From positions 14,423 through 78,422 of the forward strand of contig CAYNDV010000003.1 of NCBI GenBank assembly GCA_964396055.1: a DNA stretch of 64,000 nucleotides, given 5' to 3'. The position numbers and the translations under genes were made by a program. How positions within the stretch are numbered: the first letter of the stretch is position 1; each line of letters begins with the position of its first letter. Below, in pieces: positions 36,767-46,893 of the stretch. Below the pieces are notes generated by a model. It did no database searches, was not told the DNA's origin, and saw only the letters and a list, made by a program, of their open reading frames with translations. Source of the DNA: an uncultured Vicinamibacterales bacterium. GTDB lineage: Bacteria > Acidobacteriota > Vicinamibacteria > Vicinamibacterales > JAKQTR01.

Positions 36767-39700
36767 ATGCGTCGGACGTGGGGGCGGTGGGCGCTCGTCG
36801 TGGCGGGGGGCCTGTGGCTGACGGCCACCGGCGGCCAGACGGCCACCCAGGAGCCGGGGCTGCTGTTCTATCTCTCCGGGTCGCGCGGCCTGACGGCGGA
36901 CGTCTCGGCTGGCGGCACGCCTGAACCGAACTTCGCCAGCGACGTGCACCCGATCCCGGATGGCGCCCACGGGCCCGCCCTCGAATGCGGCCACACGCAG
37001 CTGCTCTCGTACTGGGCGCCCGGCAACATCTACGCCCAGCGGGGAACGGTGGCGTTTTTCTGGCGGGCGCGCGAACCTGTCGGCCCGACGGCGTTCCCGA
37101 TCTTCCGCGTGGGGTACGCCGACCACAGCAGCTGGGACATGGTGTGGCTGCGCATCGACTACAACGGCCGCGGCTTCGACGCGTTTGTCACCGACGCCAG
37201 CCTCGCGCGCACGCGGGTGTCGGTCGCGCTGCCGGTCTTCCCGGGACCGAAGACGTGGACGCACCTGGCGTTCTCGTGGGACGAGACCACGGGCGTCCGC
37301 TTCTACGTCGATGGAGCGCTTGCAGCGCAGCAGGACGGCGCGGCCATCCTCGACGCGGCGCTCGATCAGTTCGGCCCGCACTCGCGCATCATCAGCCCGT
37401 ACCAGGTCCAGAGCGCCTATAACTTCGTGCGCGGGGGCGACATCGACGAACTGCGCATCTACGATCGGATGCTCGGCGACGATCAGGTGGCCTCGCTCGC
37501 GCGCGGCGTCGCACCAGGCACCGTGCCGCCGATCGTCCGCGCGCTCGATCGCCCCCGGTGGCGCGACGAGTGGTGGTGGCGGAACGGCTGGAACCGCCCC
37601 GGAGACGCGCCGCCGCCGCTCGACGCGCCCGTGGTCGGCATCCGCAAGGTGGAGATCCGTGATGCCTACGACCTGAAGCGGTGGTACTGGAAGGGCACCG
37701 ACGGCATCCGCGAGACGACGTGGCCCGGCGTCTACAACCGGTCGCGCCTGCCGGGTCGCAACGACTACTTCCAGTTGCCCGACTGGGACTGTTACTCCAC
37801 CTCCGGACAGGCCGTCACCTTCTCGATGCCCGATGAGCCCTGGAACCACGTCGAGATTGCCGGGGCTGCGTTCGGATCGGCGCGCCTGGCCGCCACGGTC
37901 GGGTCCGCCTCCGCGTCCGGCGTGGCCCTGTTCGATCGGCCGAGGGGTCAGGAACGGACGTATCACCGCCTGCCGCAGCCGGTCCGCGGCAGGGCCGTCA
38001 CCTTCACGAACGTGGAGCAGGAGACGCCCATCGGCGAGTTCGGCGCGTACTACGTGGCGGCGGGCCGCGAACCGGACGGCATTGGCAAGCTGGCGTACCG
38101 CCTGACGGCGCAGGCCGCGGCCGATCAGCCCAGCGTGCAGGTCGCGCGCGCCTTCATCGATGGCCGTCACCCGCCCGACGAGCGCGCCACGCTCGTGGCG
38201 CTGCCGGCCGGCGTGCCTCGCGCGCGCGGACTTGTCGCGCCCGGGTCCGCGACGGCCGCCGGCCTCCCGATCGTGCACATCCTGGTGCCGTCCGACTTCC
38301 GTGACACGAACCCCGGGCCCGGTCGCGCCGACAGCGTGTTCTCGTGGGCGAACCTGCCGGGCGGCCTCGACGGCATCGCGCTCGATCTGCCTCCGCTCAG
38401 GGTGCAACCCACCCACGGCGCCCTCTTCCCGCTGCGTATCCAGGTGAAGGACCCGATCTGGCCCCTGCGCAACATGCTCGACGTGAGCCTCTCGGTGAAG
38501 CCCGGCGAAGCGCACACCGTGTGGCTCGACACGCGGGATCGCATCCTGCCCGGCGACAGGGGTTTCTATCTCAGCGTGAGCGGCGCGGGCCGGGATTTCG
38601 GTCCGGCCTCGCTCGAAGGCGCCGCCCTGCGCCTGGTCTTCAAGGCCCGGCAGGAGGCCCTCGCCGAACACACGCAGGATCGATTCACGCAGGTCCGCGA
38701 CAACTACGCGCACCTCGTCGAGGAATCGCCCCGCACCCGCCGCCTGCGCCTCTTCGCGCGATGGGAGGGCGACATCACCGACCTGCTCCGCGTGGATCCC
38801 GATCACGTGCTCGGCCGCCAGTACTGGTACGACTACAACCGCGAGCAACCGGCGCCGCCGGTCGCGCTCGCGCCGGTCCCCGACGGCGTCCCGGCGTGGG
38901 CCTTCCGGCAGGTCGACCTGCTGCGCGCCCTCAAGCGGTTCGTCGGCTACTACATCGACCGCCGGCAGATCGAGAACGGCGAGTTCGGCGGCGGACTCTC
39001 CGACGACGGCGACCTGACCAACGCGTGGCCGGGCGTCGCGCTGATGGGCGCGATGCCGGAGACGATCCGGCACTCGCTGCACCGCCACATGGAGGCGTTC
39101 TACGAACAGGGCCTGTTCACGAAGGGGCTCTCGACCATCCAGACCGACGAACTGCACAGCTACGAAGAAGGCATCCAGGTGCTGGGACAGTCGCTGCTGC
39201 TCGAACACGGGAGCCCGCGGCAGATCGAGCGGGCCTTCGAGACGGCCGCGGCGCTCGAGCGCGTCACCGGGGTCAACGCCGCCGGCCACCGGCACATCCG
39301 GTCGACGTACTTCAGCGGCACTGTGATGGCCACCGAGGGCGTGTGGGGCTGGCAGAAGACGAACTCCCTGCTGGCGCTGCACCCGGCCATCGCCCTCGTG
39401 GACTACAACGGCTCGCCCGGCGTCCGACGCTGGCTGCTCGAGGTGGCCGACGGCCTGCTCGCGCACGACACGCCGGATGCGGACGGTCCACGCACGCTCC
39501 ACACCAACATCGAGTTCGCCACGGACCGGGCACCCGCCCCGGCACAGGACCGCGGCTTCAATGCCGACCGCGCCTGGCCCCTGCTCTGGGCCGCGTACCG
39601 CTGGACGGGCGATCGGAAGTACGTGCAGCCGATGCTCGATGCGGGCCCGCGCTCGCTCGCCGGCCTGGCGGCGAATGCCCTCGATCACCTGGCGCTCCGG

Positions 39701-40597
39701 GAATCCTGGCAGGCGCCGCTCCAGGCCTACAGCACGGCCGCCCGCGGCGACGGCGCCCGCCACCTGGCGTGGCAGTTGTCGGGAGACACGAAGGTGCTCG
39801 CCGGTCTGTACGAGGACCAGGCGCGCGCTGCGGCCCTGCGCGAGTACATCAACACCGAGGGCAGCCTCTGGATCGACCGGGTGAACGTCCCGCTCGCCGA
39901 GATCCAGCGCGCCCGCCTCGGCGGCATCGCGCTCGTCCGCAATCAGTACGTACCGGGCCACGCGGTGAGCTGGCGCTTCGAGGGCCGCGACGCCGACGAA
40001 CAGGTGGCGGTCCTCGTGCGGGACGCCACACCACAGCGCTTCACCGTGGTCGCGTACAACCTCGACCGCCGGCCCGTGGTCGCCCGGATGACTACCTGGG
40101 ATGTCGAACCGGGGACGTGGCAGATGACCATCGGGACGCGGGCGTCGGCCGACACAGGGCCGCTCACCGGCGCCACCACGAGCACGATCGACGTCGACCG
40201 CGGCGGAGCCATCCCGCTCACGCTGGCGCCCGGGGTCTGCACGGTGATCGAGGTGCGCCTCGTCACGAAGGGATCGTCCGTTTGGTCGCGCCCCGACCTC
40301 GGGATCTCGACTGACGATGTGCGGACGAGCGGCCGGACGATGACCGTCACCGTGCACAGCCTGGGGTCGGTTCCGGCGCCGGCCGCGCGCCTCGTGGTGC
40401 GCGACCGTCAGGGCCGTGAGTTGGCGAAGGCCACGGTGCCGGCGCTGCAGGCGCCCACGGATCTCCGGCCGCGCATTGCCCTCGTCCGGCTCATCCTGCC
40501 GCCGCGCGCGGACCTATCGGGTGGACGGGTATCGATGGAAGCCCCGCGCGGAACCAGGGAGATTACCACCCTCAACAACGACGCGACGCTCCGGTAG
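36767..40597 (+). CDS. Giant secreted protein (1276 aa) with an N-terminal LamG/concanavalin-A-like lectin domain; the remainder is uncharacterised
   Basis: LamG-like segment is GTVAFFWRA...WTHLAFSWDETTGVRFYVDGAL...GDIDELRIYDRML. About 1000 further residues have no motif I can name. Confidence 0.55.
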   Translation: MRRTWGRWALVVAGGLWLTATGGQTATQEPGLLFYLSGSRGLTADVSAGGTPEPNFASDVHPIPDGAHGPALECGHTQLLSYWAPGNIYAQRGTVAFFWRAREPVGPTAFPIFRVGYADHSSWDMVWLRIDYNGRGFDAFVTDASLARTRVSVALPVFPGPKTWTHLAFSWDETTGVRFYVDGALAAQQDGAAILDAALDQFGPHSRIISPYQVQSAYNFVRGGDIDELRIYDRMLGDDQVASLARGVAPGTVPPIVRALDRPRWRDEWWWRNGWNRPGDAPPPLDAPVVGIRKVEIRDAYDLKRWYWKGTDGIRETTWPGVYNRSRLPGRNDYFQLPDWDCYSTSGQAVTFSMPDEPWNHVEIAGAAFGSARLAATVGSASASGVALFDRPRGQERTYHRLPQPVRGRAVTFTNVEQETPIGEFGAYYVAAGREPDGIGKLAYRLTAQAAADQPSVQVARAFIDGRHPPDERATLVALPAGVPRARGLVAPGSATAAGLPIVHILVPSDFRDTNPGPGRADSVFSWANLPGGLDGIALDLPPLRVQPTHGALFPLRIQVKDPIWPLRNMLDVSLSVKPGEAHTVWLDTRDRILPGDRGFYLSVSGAGRDFGPASLEGAALRLVFKARQEALAEHTQDRFTQVRDNYAHLVEESPRTRRLRLFARWEGDITDLLRVDPDHVLGRQYWYDYNREQPAPPVALAPVPDGVPAWAFRQVDLLRALKRFVGYYIDRRQIENGEFGGGLSDDGDLTNAWPGVALMGAMPETIRHSLHRHMEAFYEQGLFTKGLSTIQTDELHSYEEGIQVLGQSLLLEHGSPRQIERAFETAAALERVTGVNAAGHRHIRSTYFSGTVMATEGVWGWQKTNSLLALHPAIALVDYNGSPGVRRWLLEVADGLLAHDTPDADGPRTLHTNIEFATDRAPAPAQDRGFNADRAWPLLWAAYRWTGDRKYVQPMLDAGPRSLAGLAANALDHLALRESWQAPLQAYSTAARGDGARHLAWQLSGDTKVLAGLYEDQARAAALREYINTEGSLWIDRVNVPLAEIQRARLGGIALVRNQYVPGHAVSWRFEGRDADEQVAVLVRDATPQRFTVVAYNLDRRPVVARMTTWDVEPGTWQMTIGTRASADTGPLTGATTSTIDVDRGGAIPLTLAPGVCTVIEVRLVTKGSSVWSRPDLGISTDDVRTSGRTMTVTVHSLGSVPAPAARLVVRDRQGRELAKATVPALQAPTDLRPRIALVRLILPPRADLSGGRVSMEAPRGTREITTLNNDATLR

Positions 40598-40609
40598 GGG
40601 CGTGCGAGG

Positions 40610-42073
40610 ATGGCCATTATGCGACGACCGATCGTGTCACTCCTCCTGTTGCTGTGCTGTGCACTCCCGGCGGCCGCGCAGCCCTCCAATGACGAGGTGA
40701 AGGCCGCCATGAAGAAGGCCGCCGCGTTCATGGTGGACCACGTCGCGCTGCGGGGCGGGTACGTCTGGACCGTCTCGGAGGATCTGTCGAAGCGGTGGGG
40801 CGAGATCCCGGCGCGGCCGAGCCAGATCTGGGTCCAGGGCGGGACCCCGACGGCAGGCATGGCGTTTCTCGACGCCTACGACGCCACCCACGATCTGCAG
40901 TTCCTCGATGCGGCGCGTCGGGCCGCAGACGCCCTCATCTTCGGCCAGCATCCGCTGGGCGGCTGGCACTACTTCGTGGACTTCGATCCCGCCGGCCTGC
41001 CGGAGTGGTACGAGAAGAGCGCGTCGAGGTTCGACTACGGCTACGAGGAGTACCGCCATTACTACGGGAACGCGACCAACGACGATCAGGTCACGTCGGA
41101 CAGCACCGGGTTCCTGTTACGGCTCTACGAGACGACGCTCGACCCTGCCTACCGGGCTCCGTTGCTGAAGGCCCTCGACTTCGTCCTGCTGGCCCAGTAC
41201 CCGAATGGCGCGTGGCCGCAGCGTTACCCGCTGCGCTACGAGTTCGTGCACGACGGCCTGCCGGACTACACGTCGTACTACACGCTCAATGACGGTGCCC
41301 ACCAGGGTTACGTGGAACTGCTCGTCAAGGCGTACCGCACGCTGGGGGACGCGCGTTACCTGGAGGCGGCCCGGCGGGGCGTCGACTTCATCATCGCCGT
41401 GCAGGGGCCCGACGGCGAGGCGGCCTGGGCCGAGCAGTACGGAATGGACATGCGCCCCGCCCCCGCGCGCACGCACGAACCCACGGGCTACGTCACGCGC
41501 GAGAGCCGCGACATGCTGCGGGTGCTGCAGCTCTTCTACGCCCTCACCGGCGATCCGCGGTACCTGACGCCGATCCCGCGGTGCCTGGCGTGGTTCGACC
41601 GGATCAACCGCGAGGCCGTCGAGCTCAAGCGGCCGCCGGCGCGTTACTGGCAGCCCGGCACGGACCTGCCGGTGTACAACGTCCGCACGGGCACCTACAA
41701 CGCCGAGGGCTACGGTCTCTACACGTGGACGACGGAACCGCCGCCCGGCCTGGAAGTCCGCCCGGCCATCGACGTGGTGCCCATCCGCGCCGACTACGAA
41801 CGCGTGGCCGCGATGCGGACGCCGGACGCCCGCGCCGCCTACGTGCGTGAGTACTTCGCGCCACGACGGATGGCGCCGACGGCTGAGCAGGTAACCGCCG
41901 TCGTGCAGTCCCTCGATGCGCGCGGCGCCTGGGTCACCGACAACATCCGCGTCCACCGGATCGTCGCTCCCGGGGTGATGAACTCGGAGACGCAGGTGCC
42001 GGTGCGCGGCATCTCCACCGGTGTCTTCGTCCGCAATCTCGCCACGCTGACGGCCTGGCTGGCGCAGCGTTAA
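40610..42073 (+). CDS. Pectate lyase, PL10 (PelA/Pel-15E, pectic-acid-lyase) family
   Basis: Signal peptide is MAIMRRPIVSLLLLLCCALPAAAQ. Family motifs are GGYVW, HPLGGWHYF, NATNDDQVT, AQYPNGAWPQRYP, YYTLNDGA and AWAEQY. Confidence 0.7.
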   Translation: MAIMRRPIVSLLLLLCCALPAAAQPSNDEVKAAMKKAAAFMVDHVALRGGYVWTVSEDLSKRWGEIPARPSQIWVQGGTPTAGMAFLDAYDATHDLQFLDAARRAADALIFGQHPLGGWHYFVDFDPAGLPEWYEKSASRFDYGYEEYRHYYGNATNDDQVTSDSTGFLLRLYETTLDPAYRAPLLKALDFVLLAQYPNGAWPQRYPLRYEFVHDGLPDYTSYYTLNDGAHQGYVELLVKAYRTLGDARYLEAARRGVDFIIAVQGPDGEAAWAEQYGMDMRPAPARTHEPTGYVTRESRDMLRVLQLFYALTGDPRYLTPIPRCLAWFDRINREAVELKRPPARYWQPGTDLPVYNVRTGTYNAEGYGLYTWTTEPPPGLEVRPAIDVVPIRADYERVAAMRTPDARAAYVREYFAPRRMAPTAEQVTAVVQSLDARGAWVTDNIRVHRIVAPGVMNSETQVPVRGISTGVFVRNLATLTAWLAQR

Positions 42074-42091
42074 TCAATCCGGGATTGATTT
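42072..42091. repeat. Palindrome family copy 3 (AATCAATCCGGGATTGATTT, 20 of 21)
   Basis: Sits in the 22-nt gap between convergent PL10 and GH95. Overlaps the PL10 TAA stop. Confidence 0.9.
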
Positions 42092-42095
42092 GCGG

Positions 42096-44528
42096 CTACC
42101 AGTCGATCTCCACGCGCAGGCCGGCGGTGGTCGGCATCTCCCAGAGGTCGGGTCCCAGCTGCTTCGCGGCCACGGCGCGGCCGGCGGCGGTCGCGCGGAT
42201 CGGTCCTGTCGCGCGCACGCGCAGCAGCCCGCCCAGCCGGGACGTGACGACCGCCCGACGGGGGCGGCCGCCGGCCCACTCGAGATCGATGTCGAATCCG
42301 CCCCGGGCGCGGAGGCCCGTCACCGAGCCGGATGGCCAGACCGACGGCAGAGCGGGCAGCAGGACCAGTTCGTCATCCTGCGATTGCAGCAGCATCTCGG
42401 CGATGGCCGCCGTCATCCCGAAGGCCCCGTCCACCTGCATGGCGCGCGAACAGATCGAGAAGAGGCTGTCGGTCGTGTAGGTCCGCACCGCGTAGCGGAT
42501 GTTCTCCATCGCCTTCTCGCCGTCGTTGAGGCGCGCCCAGCTCGCCGCCTTCCAGGCGGAAGCCCACCCGTTACCCACGAGGCCGCGCTGGTCGAGCACG
42601 ACGCGGGCGCCGGCCGCCAGGTCGGGCGTGCGCCGCGGCGAGATCTGGTTGCCCGGGAACAGCCCGTATAGGTGCGAGATGTGACGGTGGCTCTGCTCCC
42701 GCTGCCCCCAGTCCTCGAGCCATTCCTGCAGGTCGCCGCCGCGGCCAATTTTCATCGGCGCCAGCTTCGACCGGGCGCCGAGGGCCCGCGCACGCAGGTC
42801 CTCGTCCACGCCGAGGATGGCCGACGCCTCCGCCACCTGGCCGAGGACCTCGCGCACAATCTGCGTGTCGATGGTCGATCCCGCCACGAGCGCGGTGCCG
42901 TTGCTCATCGACCCGGTCACCTCGTCGAAGAACCGGTCGTTGCCGGGCGCGAGCGGGAAATTCTCGGGCGAGGTGGAGGGATTGGTGACCAGCCAGCCGT
43001 ACCTCGGGTGCGGCACGAGGAAGTCGAGGAAGAACTCGGCGGCCCCGCGCATCACGGGGTAGTACTCCCGCAGGAACGCCAGGTCTCCCGTGAAGCGATA
43101 GTGCTCCCAGAGGTGCGTGGTCAGCCAGCCGCCGCCCGTGGCGAACCCGCCCCAGTTCGGGCCGTCCATCGGCGCCGCCACGCGCCACAGGTCGGTGTTC
43201 TGGTGGAACGCCCAGCCGCGCGCGCCGTACAGCTCGCGCGCCACGCCGGCGCCCTGCTCGCTCAGTTCGCGGATCATCCGGAACAGCGGGTCCGCGCACT
43301 CGCTCAGGTTGGCCACCTCGGCGGGCCAGTAGTTCATCTCCGTGTTGATGTTCGTCGTGTACTTCGAATCCCACATGGGATTCATGTCCTTGTTCCAGAT
43401 GCCCTGCAGGTTGGCCGGCTGGGTGCCGGGCCGCGACGACGAAATCAGCAGGTAGCGGCCGAACTGGAACAGCAGCGCGGCCAGCGCCGGGTCGTTGGCG
43501 CCGTCGTACTTCCGCAGGCGCTCGTCGGTGGGCAGGGCGCTGTCCGGGCCGGAGCCCAGATCGAGCGCCACGCGCCGGAACAGGCGCCGGTGCTCCGCCA
43601 CGTGCGCGGCCCGCAGGGCGTCGAACGACCGCCCGCGCCCGGCCGCCATGGTGTCATCCACCCGCGAGTCCGGGTTTGCGCTGACGTCCGCGTAGTTCAC
43701 GAAACTGGTCGCCGCCGCGATGCGGAGCGTCACAGCCGCGGCGTCCCGGATGATCAGCCGATCGTCGCCGGCGGACACCGTGCCGCCGTCGGTCTCGGCC
43801 CGGAGCCTGACCGTGTACCTCAGGCGCCCAGGCACGCCGAGGTAATCCGCTGATCGGCCGCGCACGACGAGGCTGTCCGGACCGTCCACGTCCATGCGGA
43901 AGTAGTCCGTCGCGTAGTTCGAGTGCGCCTGGTTGCGGTCACCGCGCAACTGCGCGTCCAGCGACAGCCGGCCGGGCGGCTCCGCCGTGACGCGCACGAC
44001 GATGACCTGGTCGACCGGCGAACTGAAGACCTCGCGCCGGTAGCGGACACCGCCCTGGTCGTACGTGGTGGACGCGACGGCGGCATCGAGATCGAGCTGA
44101 TGGCGATAGTTCGTCACGGGTCCCCGCCCGCCCAGCGTCAGGACAAGGTTGCCCAGCGACTGATACTTCTGCTGTTCCACCGGGTAGCCCATCAGGTGCC
44201 GGCCGAACAGGCGGTGCGCGCGGATCAGTTCGCCGTCGAACAGCAGGCGCCGGATCTCGGGCAGCGCCTTGACGCCGCCGGGCACCGTCGTCGAGTACGG
44301 CCCGCCCGACCAGTAGGTGTCCTCGTTGAGCTGGATCACTTCTTCGTCCGTGCGGCCGAAGACCATCGCGCCCAGGCGCCCGTTGCCCACGGGAAGGGCA
44401 TGCTCCCAGGACGCGGCCGGGTGCGTGTACCACAGGACCGGGGCCTGCGGTTCCCCGCGCAGGACGTCGGGACACGCGAACAGGACCACGGCACACAGCA
44501 GGACGGCGAATCGGGGGCGGTCTCCCAT
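42096..44528 (-). CDS. GH95-family alpha-L-fucosidase/alpha-L-galactosidase
   Basis: 810 aa. [27 protein letters not shown]...[13 protein letters not shown] is the GH95 N-terminal signature. NLQGIWN and [14 protein letters not shown] are also present. Confidence 0.9.
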   Translation of the reverse strand: MGDRPRFAVLLCAVVLFACPDVLRGEPQAPVLWYTHPAASWEHALPVGNGRLGAMVFGRTDEEVIQLNEDTYWSGGPYSTTVPGGVKALPEIRRLLFDGELIRAHRLFGRHLMGYPVEQQKYQSLGNLVLTLGGRGPVTNYRHQLDLDAAVASTTYDQGGVRYRREVFSSPVDQVIVVRVTAEPPGRLSLDAQLRGDRNQAHSNYATDYFRMDVDGPDSLVVRGRSADYLGVPGRLRYTVRLRAETDGGTVSAGDDRLIIRDAAAVTLRIAAATSFVNYADVSANPDSRVDDTMAAGRGRSFDALRAAHVAEHRRLFRRVALDLGSGPDSALPTDERLRKYDGANDPALAALLFQFGRYLLISSSRPGTQPANLQGIWNKDMNPMWDSKYTTNINTEMNYWPAEVANLSECADPLFRMIRELSEQGAGVARELYGARGWAFHQNTDLWRVAAPMDGPNWGGFATGGGWLTTHLWEHYRFTGDLAFLREYYPVMRGAAEFFLDFLVPHPRYGWLVTNPSTSPENFPLAPGNDRFFDEVTGSMSNGTALVAGSTIDTQIVREVLGQVAEASAILGVDEDLRARALGARSKLAPMKIGRGGDLQEWLEDWGQREQSHRHISHLYGLFPGNQISPRRTPDLAAGARVVLDQRGLVGNGWASAWKAASWARLNDGEKAMENIRYAVRTYTTDSLFSICSRAMQVDGAFGMTAAIAEMLLQSQDDELVLLPALPSVWPSGSVTGLRARGGFDIDLEWAGGRPRRAVVTSRLGGLLRVRATGPIRATAAGRAVAAKQLGPDLWEMPTTAGLRVEIDW

Positions 44529-44608
44529 CGGGTCTCCTTTCGGCCATGGGCATCATATCGCCGGCCGGCCGGTCTATACTCTGCCGACAGTCACGATTGG
44601 AGGTTCCG

Positions 44609-46861
44609 GTGAGGCGTCGTCTCGTGCTCGCATCCGTCGCGTTCATCCTGGCGTGGGCGCCTGCGGCCAGGCTGCAGTCGGGGCCGCCGGCGCTGCCGCC
44701 GTCGCTCGACGCCCGGCTCGCGGCGTTGTTCGGGGGCGGCGAGTTCACGGCGCAGGGCATGGGCCCGATGGCCTGGCTCGACGGTGGCCGCCGCTACACC
44801 GCCATCCCCCGCGGGTCGAAGGACATCGTGGCCTTCAACACCGCGACGGGCGCCAGCGAGGTGCTCGTGCCATCAACGGCCCTGACCCCGCCCGGCGCGG
44901 CGGGTCCCCTCGAGGTGGATGACTACGCCTGGTCGGCCGACCGCGCGAAACTGCTCGTCTTCACCAATACGCGGCGGGTCTGGCGTCAGAACACCCGGGG
45001 CGACTACTGGGTGCTGGATGTCGCCGCCCGCACGCTGCGCAAGCTGGGTGGCGACGCTCCCGAGTCGTCGCTGATGTTCGCGAAGTTCTCGCCGGACGGC
45101 TCGCGCGTAGCCTACGTGCGTGCGCAGAACCTCTACGTCGAGACGCTGGCCACCGGCGCCATCCGCGCGGTGACGACCGACGGCGGGGGCGACATCATCA
45201 ACGGCACTTCGGACTGGGTGAACGAGGAGGAGTTCTCGATCCGGGACGGTTTCCGCTGGAGCCCGGACGGCCGGCGGCTGGCGTTCTGGCAGTTCGACAC
45301 CCGCGGCGTCGAGCGCTTCACGCTCATCAACAACACGGACGCCCTCTATCCGCGCACCACCGTGTTCCCCTACCCCAAGCCGGGCACTACGAATTCGGCC
45401 GTGCGCGTGGGCATCGCCGACCTGCAGGCCGCGGCGACGACGTGGGTGAAGACGGACGGAGACGCGCGCGATCACTACATCCCGTGGATCGCCTGGGCCG
45501 ACGCCGGCACCCTGGCGCTCCAGCACATGAACCGCCTGCAGAACCGGAACGACTTCCTGCTGGCGGACGCCGCCACGGGTGACGTGCGGCGCCTGTTCCG
45601 GGACGAGTCGGCCACGTGGCTCGACACGGGTGATCCCGTGGAGCCGCTCGCCGGCGGTCGGGAGTTCACCTGGGTCAGCGAGGCAAGCGGCTGGCGGCAC
45701 GTCCACGCGATCGCGCGGGCCGACGGGCAGTCGCGGGACCTCACGCCGTTCGCGGCCGACATCGTCGACGTGGCCGCCGTCGATGCGGCCGGCGACCGCG
45801 TGTACGTCACCGCGTCGCCGCGCGACGCCACGCAACGGTACTTGTACGTCGTCCGGACGACGCCCGGCAGCCAGCCGGTGCGCATCACGCCGTCCGATCA
45901 GCCGGGGTGGCACAGCTACAACATCTCGCCTGATGGGCGCTGGGCGGTGCATACGTGGTCCCGCTTCGACACGCCGCCGCGGGTGGACATCGTCAGCCTG
46001 CCGACGCATCGGCGTATCCGGATGGTGGTCGACAACGCCGAACTGGCGGCCCGCGTGGCGCCGCTGGTGACGCCGCCGGTGGAGTTCGTCAAGGTGGACG
46101 TGGGCGGGGGCGTCAGCCTGGATGGCTGGGTGCTGAAGCCGCGCGCGTTCGACCCGACGCGGAAGTATCCCCTGTTCGTCCACGTCTACGGCGAGCCCGC
46201 CAGCACGACGGTCACGGACCGGTGGGGCGGGTCGGGCATGCTGTTCCACCGGGCGCTCGCGGACCAGGGCTATATCGTGGCGTCGTTCGACAACCGCGGC
46301 ACGCCCGCGCCGAAAGGCGCCGCCTGGCGCAAGGTGGTGTACGGCGCCGTCGGCGAGTTGTCGGCGAAGGAACAGGCGGCGGCGGTGGCCGCGCTGGCGG
46401 CCGCGCGGCCCTACATCGATCTCTCCCGCGTCGGCATCTGGGGCTGGAGCGGCGGCGGATCGAACACCCTGAACGCCCTCTTCCGCTACCCGGACGTGTA
46501 CGCCGTGGGCATCTCGGTGGCTCCGGTGCCCGACCAGACGTTGTACGACACGATCTACCAGGAACGGTACATGGGCCTGCCTGGCACGAATGCCGACGGG
46601 TACCGCCGCGGATCGCCGATCTCGTTCGCGGACGGGCTGAAGGGCCGTTTGCTCGTCATCCATGGCACCGGCGACGACAACGTCCACTACCAGGGCGTGG
46701 AGCGCCTGATCAACCGGCTGGTGGAACTCGGGAAGCACTTCGACGTGATGGTGTACCCGAACCGCAGCCATTCCATCTCGGAGGGGCCGGGCACCACGCT
46801 GCACGTGCGGCGGCTCGTGGCCCGGTACCTGCTCGAACACCTGCCGGCGGGACCGCGGTGA
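44609..46861 (+). CDS. S9B-family serine peptidase (dipeptidyl-peptidase IV-like propeller plus alpha/beta hydrolase)
   Basis: An in-frame GTG at 44609 follows GGAGG and gives VRRRLVLASVAFILAWAPAA. DPPIV_N-like segment is SPDG..VAYVR..NLYV and WSPDGRRLAFWQFD. Catalytic motifs are GIWGWSGGGSNTL and VIHGTGDDNVH. Confidence 0.85.
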   Translation: MRRRLVLASVAFILAWAPAARLQSGPPALPPSLDARLAALFGGGEFTAQGMGPMAWLDGGRRYTAIPRGSKDIVAFNTATGASEVLVPSTALTPPGAAGPLEVDDYAWSADRAKLLVFTNTRRVWRQNTRGDYWVLDVAARTLRKLGGDAPESSLMFAKFSPDGSRVAYVRAQNLYVETLATGAIRAVTTDGGGDIINGTSDWVNEEEFSIRDGFRWSPDGRRLAFWQFDTRGVERFTLINNTDALYPRTTVFPYPKPGTTNSAVRVGIADLQAAATTWVKTDGDARDHYIPWIAWADAGTLALQHMNRLQNRNDFLLADAATGDVRRLFRDESATWLDTGDPVEPLAGGREFTWVSEASGWRHVHAIARADGQSRDLTPFAADIVDVAAVDAAGDRVYVTASPRDATQRYLYVVRTTPGSQPVRITPSDQPGWHSYNISPDGRWAVHTWSRFDTPPRVDIVSLPTHRRIRMVVDNAELAARVAPLVTPPVEFVKVDVGGGVSLDGWVLKPRAFDPTRKYPLFVHVYGEPASTTVTDRWGGSGMLFHRALADQGYIVASFDNRGTPAPKGAAWRKVVYGAVGELSAKEQAAAVAALAAARPYIDLSRVGIWGWSGGGSNTLNALFRYPDVYAVGISVAPVPDQTLYDTIYQERYMGLPGTNADGYRRGSPISFADGLKGRLLVIHGTGDDNVHYQGVERLINRLVELGKHFDVMVYPNRSHSISEGPGTTLHVRRLVARYLLEHLPAGPR

Positions 46862-46893
46862 TGCGGCCCGGACGGCGCCTCAGAGAGGGACTC

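Noticed and set aside
33990-40357. 773-aa (33990..36311) and 1292-aa (36479..40357) minus-strand ORFs, and the plus-strand ORF 38344..40314
   Set aside because: They are antisense or off-frame to the two giant secreted-protein genes. They are Arg/Pro/Gly-dominated, whereas the chosen frames have signal peptides and balanced composition.
45955-46893. N-terminal 313 codons of track ORF 45955..47688
   Set aside because: This part is off-frame and overlaps the S9 peptidase gene. The SGNH hydrolase begins at the internal ATG at 46894, which has a signal peptide.
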